A stretch of 35,277 bases of DNA from a virus (taxonomy: Duplodnaviria > Caudoviricetes). The DNA is taken from positions 1-35,277 of IMG/VR virus record IMGVR_UViG_3300031578_000178; one strand, 5' to 3'. Position 1 is the stretch's first letter. Every line of letters starts with the position of its first letter. The notes under the pieces are model-generated. The model saw only the letters and a list, made by a program, of their open reading frames with translations. It ran no database searches and was not told the DNA's origin. Positions 1 through 7,971 of the stretch are shown here, piece after piece. Made by a program: the position numbers and the translations under genes.

Positions 1-1
1 T

Positions 2-292
2 GTAATAACTAAAGATATAGGAGGGGTTTATAATTGGGTCCCGAATAAAAAATATATTATAATTTATAAGTGGAATGGTGCATCATCAAGAGTTTATATA
101 AATGCTATTGGGGGTTATGCCAATCCCGGGGCTACTGGAATCATAGGTCTTAGATTAGGATATGGTCATTATGGTGATTATTTGGATGGATATATTCATG
201 AAGCAGCAGTTTTTGATTGGTTTTTATCATCAGAAGAAGAACAGGAAGTAACAGATATTTTACAAGTTAAATGGGATGTTACATTACCCTAA
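2..292 (+). CDS. 5'-truncated structural/adhesin protein, C-terminal LamG/concanavalin-A-like domain
   Basis: Not in the ORF track. Frame 2 is open from the window edge to TAA at 290-292: ...IIIYKWNGASSRVYINA...LRLGYGHYGDYLDGYIHEAAVFDWFLSSEEEQEVTDILQVKW..., matching the typical LamG end (G-x-I-x-E, Ls-x-x-E, L-x-x-KW). Confidence 0.7.
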   Translation, partial: VITKDIGGVYNWVPNKKYIIIYKWNGASSRVYINAIGGYANPGATGIIGLRLGYGHYGDYLDGYIHEAAVFDWFLSSEEEQEVTDILQVKWDVTLP

Positions 293-335
293 ATTATTTT
301 CGATAAAATATCGAAGAAAATTAAAAAACTTATTA

Positions 336-344
336 GTATTTATA
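336..344 (+). promoter_or_regulatory. Putative phage late promoter GTATTTATA
   Basis: Recurrent motif, starting 40 nt before the ATG at 376. Confidence 0.6.
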
Positions 345-375
345 GATATAAATAATATTAATAAAAAATAAGACA

Positions 376-624
376 ATGACAGATTTTAGTACAGATATGA
401 ACACGCAATCATTCAATATTGAACCATTTAGTTTGATTGATGAAAAAAGTAGTGAACTATTTTATATCGGCATATCGAAAGACGGTAGAAATACCAGCGC
501 AGCTAATTGGAGAATCAAAAAGATTTGGAAAGACGGTACGATATGGAGAGTTCAATTCCCTGATGGCGACCAATCATATAGTTATGTCTGGGATAGTAGA
601 ATTGGTGTTTATACATATGAATAA
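376..624 (+). CDS. Small Trp/Tyr-rich hypothetical phage protein (82 aa), likely virion-associated
   Basis: ORF with motif upstream; YIG..TS..WRIKKI..G..Y.WD.R..YTY pattern of a kind seen beside tail-fibre genes. Confidence 0.7.
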   Translation: MTDFSTDMNTQSFNIEPFSLIDEKSSELFYIGISKDGRNTSAANWRIKKIWKDGTIWRVQFPDGDQSYSYVWDSRIGVYTYE

Positions 625-630
625 CAAATG

Positions 631-657
631 AAGAGGATTTATTTCCTGCTTTTTTTT
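631..657 (+). terminator. Weak possible intrinsic terminator
   Basis: AAGAGGA...TCCTGCTT imperfect stem followed by a T-run, just after the 376-624 ORF. Confidence 0.35.
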
Positions 658-686
658 ATATGTGACACCTAATTGTGATATCCTTA

Positions 687-695
687 GTATTTATT
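687..695 (+). promoter_or_regulatory. Putative phage late promoter GTATTTATT
   Basis: Recurrent motif, 24 nt before the ATG at 711. Confidence 0.6.
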
Positions 696-710
696 TAAAA
701 CGTCTTTTAC

Positions 711-3700
711 ATGGCAACATTTGCAATAGATTTATTAACAGGTAATAATTATTTATTTAACGGTAATTTCACTAATAGTGGCATGACTACCTTTAGTGGT
801 GTTACATCGGTAAATAATGGTTTATCAATGGTGGATTCTCGAACTGCCAAACTTGGTGGAACACTGACTTGTTCAACAATAATAACAATAGGTGGTGGAA
901 ATACTGCTGGTATTGAATATGGTGGTGATTACAGTGCTGGTTTTAGTGCTCGTTCAGTCGTTGATAAAGGATATGTTGATAATGAAGTAAGTGGTAGTAC
1001 TCCAAGTTGGTCAGTAATAACTGATAAACCATCGTGGTTAAGTGGTGCAACAATAGGTGCATTTCAATTAGACCACACACATTCATACGATAATTTAACA
1101 AATATATTAAGCGGTGGTACTGGTATTTCAATTAGTGGTAATATCATTAGTACTACTGGTGGTACTTTGTCTTTAGATTTACAACAAGTTACTGACAATG
1201 GCGCAATTACAACAACTGAGTCAACATTTAGTGCTGGCTTGGTAACTGGTAAGATTCGTCCTACTGGTGATACCATAACTGCTATTCAAATTAATAAAGC
1301 CAATGGTACTACTCCTGTTATTAATGTCGATACTGTCAGTGGCTTTACTGGTTTCGGTGTAAGTCCAACAGCAGTAGTTCATCTTAAAGCAGGTACAACA
1401 ACAGTTGCTCCGTTGAAATTTAGTGTCGGTAGTCTATTGAGTACCCCACAAGTAGGTGCTGTTGAATTTGATGGTTTTGATTTTAAATTTACTGTAAGCG
1501 GTAGTACTATTAGAAAAACATTTGCTGCTCTTGAAGCACCACAATTTACTGGAAATGTTAATTTACCAACAACGGCTTGTTTAAATTCAATTAATCTCAA
1601 TAATTATATCTGGAATTCAGGTGGTACTAATAACGCTTGTCTGACATCAAGAAGTGATTTTGATGCATATACAGGTAGTACAACACCTGCAATAAATATT
1701 GCTGTTACTGGTGCAACAAATGGTCTTTCGAAGGCTGATTGTCATTCACTTAAATTAGGTGGTGATTTAATAGAAGATACTAAAATTGGTAGTGGTGATT
1801 ATGATTTTACAATATGTGGAAAATGCTTATCTATAGCATCGACATGTGGCTTGGAATTATTAGATAAAAATGGTCAGGATATCGAGATTTTTAGTAGTGG
1901 TGGTACTACAAATATAAAAGGTATGACCAGTGAAGGTGCAGAAGCAATGCGTTTCAAAATAAGTGATACTCAGGCAACATTTACTGATAGTCGTGCAGTT
2001 CCATATGGTATTGAATATAATGGTGATTATGCCAGTACATTTACAAATCGCAGTTTGGTTGACAAGGAATACGTTGACAGTCATAGTGGCGGTTTAGAAC
2101 CAAAACAGGCTGTGGTGGCTGCATCACAAGTAGATATTAATTTAAGTAGTGCTCCAGCAACTATTGATAGTATTACACCAGCGAATGGTAGTAGGGTACT
2201 TGTTAAAGCACAAAGTAGTGCTGTTGATAACGGTATCTATATTTATAACGGCAGTGGTGCTACGATGACACGTGCAACAGATTATGCAAGTGGTAGCACA
2301 ACAATAAACGCATATATGGCAGTTTTATCTGGTGTCACAGATGCCAATACTTCATGGATATTAGATGCATCAAGTCCGATAACAATTGGTGTAGATGAGA
2401 GTAACTTTGTAATGTTTAGTAGTCAATCTGGCGTTGTACAGGGTAATGGTATTTGTGTAACACAATCAAGTGGAAACTATAATATTGCGGTTAAATCACC
2501 AGCTAATTGTGGTTTATGTAGTGATGCCAGTGGACTTTATGTTAACTCAGCAATTGCTGGAATTGGTTTAAGTTATAGCACTGGTGTAATTAACATAGAT
2601 GGTAGCGGTCTTGCTGGAAACAGTCTTAGTTGGACAGGCAATAGTTTCAGTGTTGATACTACTTCAGGTACGTTAAGTACGGCTTTGGGAACTAAACTCA
2701 ATACCAGTGATTTTAATACTTATAGTGGTTATACGTCAAATGACATCAACAGTAGATTATTAACGACTACTTTTTCAGCATATACTGCTGCAACATGTCA
2801 CGTAACTTGTGCTGATTTTACTCTTTATACTGGTACAACAGCACCACAAACATATCTGAGCATAAGTAATTTTAACACATATAGTGGTGATACCGCAAGT
2901 GCAATTGGATTAAAAGCAAATATAACAAGTCCAACTTTCTTAGTGAGTGCATTTGCTCCAACACCTGTTGTAAATAACAGTAGTACCTGTATTGCAACAA
3001 CTGCATATTATGCTGGACAAGCAAGTAGTATCAATCCAGTAATGGATGGTGTAGTTTGTATTGGCTCATCTTTGAGATTCAGCAGACAAGACCACATACA
3101 TCCAAGTGATACAAGTAGATTGGCTGTAAGTGCATTCAACACCTATAGTGGTAATACTGCAACAGCAATTGGGTTAAAAGCAAACATTGCAAGTCCTACA
3201 TTTACTACAAGTGCAAATGCGCCAACACCTGTTGCAAATAACAACAGTACGTGTATCGCAACAACTGCTTGGTATTTCGGTCAAAGTGGAACAACAACAC
3301 CTGTAATGGATGGTAGTGCAGCAATTGGTACATCGGGATTATGGTCACATCAAGACCATGTGCATCCAAGTAATACTGCAAAAGCAAATCTTGCTGGTGG
3401 TGCTGCATTCACAGGAACTATTACCGTACCAAAACCAACACAAAACAATAATACAACCTGTGTTGCAACGACTTCTTGGTATGTAAGTCAGGCAGGTGTT
3501 GCTAATCCATTAATAAACGGAACTGTCGCTGTTGGTACATCATTATTATTTAGTAGACAAGACCATGTACATCCTGCATCAACACCTATTTATGGTAGTC
3601 AATTCCAGTACGTACAAAATACTGGAACAACATCAACATCAAGTAATCCACCAATATATCTAAGTGGTACTTCATTAACAACACCAAGTTTACCTGCTGG

Positions 3701-3962
3701 TACATATAAAATATCAACATCATTTGGTGTGAATAAAAGTACTATTATTTCGGATTGGGTTCATAGATTACGTGTTAATGGTGTAATGCTTGGTAATCAA
3801 CAAAATTTTGAAAACCCCGATACGTTATCATGGACATATGTTACGAGAGTCTATTACAAGTCATTAAGTGGAGTTAATACCATCAGAACAGAATTTTCAA
3901 GCATAACATCAGGTACGGTTAGTGTTAAAGATGTTAGCATTGAGATAATTAGAGTATCATAA
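711..3962 (+). CDS. Tail fibre / fibre-like virion protein (1083 aa)
   Basis: Gly/Thr/Ser-rich; duplicated GIEY-x-GDY...RS-x-VDK-x-YVD module; KQAVVAAS...GSRVLVKAQ...NGIY...MTRATD module typical of phage fibres; three QDH-x-HP repeats. Confidence 0.75.
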   Translation: MATFAIDLLTGNNYLFNGNFTNSGMTTFSGVTSVNNGLSMVDSRTAKLGGTLTCSTIITIGGGNTAGIEYGGDYSAGFSARSVVDKGYVDNEVSGSTPSWSVITDKPSWLSGATIGAFQLDHTHSYDNLTNILSGGTGISISGNIISTTGGTLSLDLQQVTDNGAITTTESTFSAGLVTGKIRPTGDTITAIQINKANGTTPVINVDTVSGFTGFGVSPTAVVHLKAGTTTVAPLKFSVGSLLSTPQVGAVEFDGFDFKFTVSGSTIRKTFAALEAPQFTGNVNLPTTACLNSINLNNYIWNSGGTNNACLTSRSDFDAYTGSTTPAINIAVTGATNGLSKADCHSLKLGGDLIEDTKIGSGDYDFTICGKCLSIASTCGLELLDKNGQDIEIFSSGGTTNIKGMTSEGAEAMRFKISDTQATFTDSRAVPYGIEYNGDYASTFTNRSLVDKEYVDSHSGGLEPKQAVVAASQVDINLSSAPATIDSITPANGSRVLVKAQSSAVDNGIYIYNGSGATMTRATDYASGSTTINAYMAVLSGVTDANTSWILDASSPITIGVDESNFVMFSSQSGVVQGNGICVTQSSGNYNIAVKSPANCGLCSDASGLYVNSAIAGIGLSYSTGVINIDGSGLAGNSLSWTGNSFSVDTTSGTLSTALGTKLNTSDFNTYSGYTSNDINSRLLTTTFSAYTAATCHVTCADFTLYTGTTAPQTYLSISNFNTYSGDTASAIGLKANITSPTFLVSAFAPTPVVNNSSTCIATTAYYAGQASSINPVMDGVVCIGSSLRFSRQDHIHPSDTSRLAVSAFNTYSGNTATAIGLKANIASPTFTTSANAPTPVANNNSTCIATTAWYFGQSGTTTPVMDGSAAIGTSGLWSHQDHVHPSNTAKANLAGGAAFTGTITVPKPTQNNNTTCVATTSWYVSQAGVANPLINGTVAVGTSLLFSRQDHVHPASTPIYGSQFQYVQNTGTTSTSSNPPIYLSGTSLTTPSLPAGTYKISTSFGVNKSTIISDWVHRLRVNGVMLGNQQNFENPDTLSWTYVTRVYYKSLSGVNTIRTEFSSITSGTVSVKDVSIEIIRVS
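2871..3580 (+). repeat. Degenerate internal tandem repeats in the fibre gene (about 88 aa and 69 aa periods)
   Basis: FNTYSG(D/N)TA-x-AIGLKANI-x-SPTF at 2871 and 3135 (264-nt offset); HxH motifs start at 3093, 3357 and 3564. Confidence 0.85.
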
Positions 3963-3973
3963 ATTTAAATGAA

Positions 3974-4693
3974 ATGAAAAAATATTTATTAGCATATCAA
4001 ATAAATGGACAGGCAGTTGGTGTTGATATTCAAACATGGGATAATGCTGATTTGAATGGTAACTCAGCGTTTCAAATAATATTGTCTGGTACAAGTGTTC
4101 CAAGTGGTTATGTCGATATCAGTACAATTACTTATTGGGATAGCTTTGGTGGTATCGTTGCCAATGATTATGCGGTTATAAAATTTCAAATCAAAGATAT
4201 TGTAGAATCACTTGGCTGGACGGGTTTAACGAACACCGAAAAAGATTTAGCGATTAAATACTACAGTTATCCCGACCCCACAACTGCTGTTATTTACTTA
4301 ATGACAACCAAAGGCTGGTCACAACAACAAGCCGAGGGATTTGTGTTGCAATCATGGCACAAACACCATTTAAAAAATATTGAAGCATATACGCAGCGAT
4401 GGAATTACGCCAAATTTACTGTCTTATCATATATTAGTAGATATGATGGCGAAGACCTGTTTAATACCGTTAAACCCCTGATTGATTTATATGTTGAAGT
4501 CGGAGTTATTGGTAGAGAATGGGGAGATAATAATGATGGTATTGTTGATTACATATATTCAACATATGGTTTTACGGGGCAAGGACTTGAAGAAAACGGA
4601 TACACGTTGTTACAAGGTACGTGGGCAGATTTTAAAGCAGCACTGAATGACGTACTTATTTGGGGTATTTATAACATATATACTGATTTATAA
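3974..4693 (+). CDS. Hypothetical protein (239 aa)
   Basis: Clean ORF directly after the fibre gene; no recognised motif. Confidence 0.8.
   Translation: MKKYLLAYQINGQAVGVDIQTWDNADLNGNSAFQIILSGTSVPSGYVDISTITYWDSFGGIVANDYAVIKFQIKDIVESLGWTGLTNTEKDLAIKYYSYPDPTTAVIYLMTTKGWSQQQAEGFVLQSWHKHHLKNIEAYTQRWNYAKFTVLSYISRYDGEDLFNTVKPLIDLYVEVGVIGREWGDNNDGIVDYIYSTYGFTGQGLEENGYTLLQGTWADFKAALNDVLIWGIYNIYTDL
4665..4673 (+). promoter_or_regulatory. Putative late promoter GTATTTATA embedded in the 3' end of the upstream gene
   Basis: Exact motif 28 nt before the ATG at 4693. Confidence 0.5.
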
Positions 4694-4950
4694 TGGCAAA
4701 ACAGGAAACAAATTTTTTGGAAATATTATTTCGTAACCTATTAATTGGGACGACTATGTATGATGATGCTGGTACTGCATTACTAATTGACGAGTTAAAT
4801 TATGACCCCGTTATTAAACACGTCTTTATTAAATCGGGTGCTGATACATATAAAATGAGATTGGATAAGAATTACGATTTCGAAATCAATGCCAATTTTA
4901 ACAAACTCGTACCAAACAAAGAAAAGATTCACGGTAAACGTGATAGATAA
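4693..4950 (+). CDS. Hypothetical protein (85 aa)
   Basis: TAATG stop/start overlap with the upstream gene; motif upstream. Confidence 0.7.
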   Translation: MAKQETNFLEILFRNLLIGTTMYDDAGTALLIDELNYDPVIKHVFIKSGADTYKMRLDKNYDFEINANFNKLVPNKEKIHGKRDR

Positions 4951-4952
4951 TC

Positions 4953-4961
4953 GTATTTAAT
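4953..4961 (+). promoter_or_regulatory. Variant late-promoter motif GTATTTAAT
   Basis: One-mismatch copy 22 nt before the ATG at 4975. Confidence 0.35.
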
Positions 4962-4974
4962 TAAAACCGAAACA

Positions 4975-5361
4975 ATGACAGAATTTTTTACAATATTATT
5001 CGGAGACTATTCATTTGCACAATTATTAGCATTTGTGGTTTTTTTCATAATTGGATACGTTATATATGGTTTAACTGAAACCAGTGGACGTGATAGACTT
5101 GGTACAAATACACCTAAAAAATGGAATTGGAAGTTCTGGTTTAACGATAACTGGCGCAGGTATTTAACCACAATATTATGTACATTTGTGCTTTTCAGAT
5201 TTTATTCTGAATTAAGTGGACATCCATTTGGTAATTTTGATGCGGTTTCATTTGGTCTTATTGGTGATGGTGTAGCTGCAACAATAAAGAAAAGAATTAA
5301 AGGAATCGGTGCTGATAGAGAAAAATTAATGGCAGAAATGACAGACGAAGAAAAAGGATAA
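4975..5361 (+). CDS. Small membrane protein (128 aa), holin-like candidate
   Basis: Hydrophobic stretches (FAQLLAFVVFFIIGYVIYGL; YLTTILCTFVLFRF; AVSFGLIGDGVAATI) and a charged C-terminus. Holin role is inference only; no endolysin in the window. Confidence 0.5.
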   Translation: MTEFFTILFGDYSFAQLLAFVVFFIIGYVIYGLTETSGRDRLGTNTPKKWNWKFWFNDNWRRYLTTILCTFVLFRFYSELSGHPFGNFDAVSFGLIGDGVAATIKKRIKGIGADREKLMAEMTDEEKG

Positions 5362-5777
5362 TGGATTACAGCACATTTAATATTAACAACTTTTTCATAA
5401 AGAAAGACAGCACGCTTCCCGAATTGAAATATCCACTGACGCAACATACGATGGAGCAATACGATATCACTCCTGACATGTTGGAAAACGTTGGTGTGAC
5501 ATTCTCGATGCAGGAAGCCGACACAGGCATATATCGCATCGCCAACATTGCTGCAAATCTTGTTGTTAATAATAACAGACCTGAATATCCTGACGAGGTT
5601 CAGTACACACTCATGTACAGATTTAAATTACCACAGACGGCAAAGGCTGGAAGATATCTGGGTGAATTCAAACTCGATTTTTTAGGAAATGAGAATTGTG
5701 GTAAAATAACTTTACCTACTCAGAGTCAGATAAATATACAGATTTCTGATGGAATCACAAAAACTACTGTGGTTTAG
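5361..5777 (+). CDS. BppU-like (baseplate upper protein N-terminal) domain protein
   Basis: FFIKKDSTLP-x-L...V-x-F-x-M...Y-x-F...T...G-x-Y-x-GEF...TLP...I-x-I-x-I-x-D pattern. Confidence 0.55.
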   Translation: MDYSTFNINNFFIKKDSTLPELKYPLTQHTMEQYDITPDMLENVGVTFSMQEADTGIYRIANIAANLVVNNNRPEYPDEVQYTLMYRFKLPQTAKAGRYLGEFKLDFLGNENCGKITLPTQSQINIQISDGITKTTVV

Positions 5778-5807
5778 TTGACAATTTAATTATTTTCATT
5801 ATCTTTG
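5778..5807 (+). promoter_or_regulatory. Bacteroidota-type primary-sigma promoter (-33 TTG / -7 TAnnTTTG)
   Basis: TTG at 5778-5780, 19-nt spacer, TATCTTTG at 5800-5807, 18 nt before the helicase ATG. Confidence 0.7.
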
Positions 5808-5824
5808 TTGCATATCAAATAATT

Positions 5825-7627
5825 ATGCAAGAAATAATTTTCGTGGTGCACTGCGAGAGAATTCGAAGAAGACAATGGTATTATCTTAGATTCCCAATTA
5901 ACGACCAATTAATTCAGAGATTAAAAAATCTTCCAGAAGAAAGTCGTAAGTGGAATGCCAGTATGATATGTTGGGAAGTTAGTGTTGCATCACTATTTGC
6001 TTTAATTAAAAGATATAGGGATTCTAAAAAAATTCATTTCGATTTTGGAAATGAAGACAGTCGTAAAATCTTCATTGAGCAAATCAAGAAAGTCGAAATT
6101 GCTGAAGAGGAAAAGCGCAAATTCATTGCCGACCTCAATATCAAAAAAGAACATTGGGTCAGGTATAAGCAAGAACTGGAAAACACTTATGTGGATTACA
6201 GCGAGAAAATGCATGCGTTACTGAAAGAAGGTGTTAAACTATACCCCCATCAGATTGTCGCTGCGATGTTTATGAATGTCACACGTAACACGTTGATTTC
6301 CCATGAAATGGGTTTGGGTAAAACTCTTAGTGCCATTCTTTACGTTGAAATGAACGGTTTTGAAAAGGTTTTTGTCATCACACCGAATTCCCTGAAATTC
6401 AATTTTTATGGTGAAGTCCAGAAATTTACAAATAGCACCGCACATATCGTAAATTGGAAAAAGAATAGTTGTGGTATCGAAGAAGCTAAGTATGTTATTG
6501 TTAATTACGATTTCTTTAATCCCAAAAATACTAAAGACAAGAAATTCATTAGTAAATGGAAGAAATTAGGTGTTGATGTGATTGATATAGTTATTTGTGA
6601 TGAAAGCAGTAAATTAAAAAATACCAAAGCCAATACTTATAAGAATTTCAAGAGTACGTTTAGAAAATCTTTATTTAGAAATGAAAAAATCAGTAAGATT
6701 TTCTTATCAGGAACACCTGCACCTAATAGAGCACATGAATTATATACTGTTCTGAATCAGATATCAGATGTTGATTTTGCCACAAAGAAATATTTTCAAG
6801 AATATTATTGTGGTATGACTCGTGATGGTGATGGTTGGGGTTATGTTGTGGATACGATGGCACAGAAACTCGAAGAACTTTATCATAAAATTGCCCCATT
6901 CACACATAGAAAGCGTAAATTCGAAGTTCTAACAGACCTTCCAGATAAAACGTATCAACGTATTATATTGGAAATGACTGATGACGAGCAGAGAATTTAT
7001 GATGAAATCGAAGCAGGTGTTGCTAATGAGTTCGTTGAGAACCCCAATGGTAATCCGTTGACAATAATGATTAGATTAAGACAGTATCTTGCACTTGTTA
7101 AGGTACAACACGTTATCGAACTAATTGAAAACGTATTTGAAACTGGTGAAAAGGTTTTGGTGGTGGATTTTTTCAAAGACAGTCTATATCAGTTAAAAGA
7201 AAAACTTGGTGATGTCGTGGCATTACATACTGGTGACCAGAGTGTTGAAGAACGTGCTGAACTCGTGAAGACGTTCCAAGACCCTAATAGTGCAATTAAA
7301 GGATTTCTGGGTAGTATTCAGACTTGTAACTATGGACTTACTCTTACTGCTGCAAGTAAATTATTCATTATGACACTTCCGTATAGCGTAGGCGACTACG
7401 ACCAAGTTAGCGATAGACTTCATCGTATAGGTCAGAAATCTGCTGTTAATATCTATGCATTAATATTCCCCGACACTATTGATGATTACGTATTCTCTGC
7501 AATTGAGAATAAACGTAAGGAAATTCTAAAGGTTATTGATAACGAAGATTATTCATCAAATGTGAGCGAATCGGTATTAAGTGAAGTAATTAAAAAAATT
7601 AAGGAGAAGCATGGGAAGCAGTTATAA
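5825..7627 (+). CDS. SNF2-family helicase/ATPase with N-terminal HARP-like domain
   Basis: LYPHQ Q-motif, HEMGLGKT Walker A, ICDESS Walker B, LSGTP motif III, GLTLTAA motif V, QVSDRLHRIGQ motif VI. Confidence 0.9.
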   Translation: MQEIIFVVHCERIRRRQWYYLRFPINDQLIQRLKNLPEESRKWNASMICWEVSVASLFALIKRYRDSKKIHFDFGNEDSRKIFIEQIKKVEIAEEEKRKFIADLNIKKEHWVRYKQELENTYVDYSEKMHALLKEGVKLYPHQIVAAMFMNVTRNTLISHEMGLGKTLSAILYVEMNGFEKVFVITPNSLKFNFYGEVQKFTNSTAHIVNWKKNSCGIEEAKYVIVNYDFFNPKNTKDKKFISKWKKLGVDVIDIVICDESSKLKNTKANTYKNFKSTFRKSLFRNEKISKIFLSGTPAPNRAHELYTVLNQISDVDFATKKYFQEYYCGMTRDGDGWGYVVDTMAQKLEELYHKIAPFTHRKRKFEVLTDLPDKTYQRIILEMTDDEQRIYDEIEAGVANEFVENPNGNPLTIMIRLRQYLALVKVQHVIELIENVFETGEKVLVVDFFKDSLYQLKEKLGDVVALHTGDQSVEERAELVKTFQDPNSAIKGFLGSIQTCNYGLTLTAASKLFIMTLPYSVGDYDQVSDRLHRIGQKSAVNIYALIFPDTIDDYVFSAIENKRKEILKVIDNEDYSSNVSESVLSEVIKKIKEKHGKQL

Positions 7628-7970
7628 ATGGAGTATGAATCCGTTTCGAGATTTTTTATTCAGTTCGATACTGATGGGTACTGATATCACAAATAAAGAA
7701 CATGAAGCCGACATTTATGTTGGTTTTGTCACAATTTTAGAGTATTTTGTGCCAAACAACGATGCCCAATATCTGGATTTTGAAATCGGAAATAAAGATA
7801 ATTATTTTAAAGTTGTTGCAAAAAATGCAATAACAGCACTCTGGTTGTCAGGAGTTTTCCCTGATAATCCCAAACAGGTGTTGGAAACCAATGAATTTAT
7901 ATTTGAAAATCTAAAATATAAATTTAATGTCAAAACAAAGAAGTTAAGTTATAGACAAATAAGAAAATAG
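7611..7970 (+). CDS. Hypothetical protein (up to 119 aa; start uncertain)
   Basis: Fills the gap between helicase and polymerase; several in-frame ATGs. Confidence 0.65.
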   Translation: MGSSYKWSMNPFRDFLFSSILMGTDITNKEHEADIYVGFVTILEYFVPNNDAQYLDFEIGNKDNYFKVVAKNAITALWLSGVFPDNPKQVLETNEFIFENLKYKFNVKTKKLSYRQIRK

Positions 7971-7971
7971 T

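Noticed and set aside
6590-6620. Walker B DESS as a sign of an inactive helicase
   Set aside because: The catalytic DE is intact, the other motifs are present, and non-His variants occur in phage SNF2 proteins.
5775-7970. Stop-codon reassignment (TAG=Gln), as in Lak and some crAss-like Bacteroidota phages
   Set aside because: Genes are full-length under code 11. The two TAG stops I noted (5775-5777, 7968-7970) are followed within a few codons by TAA, so read-through would join nothing.
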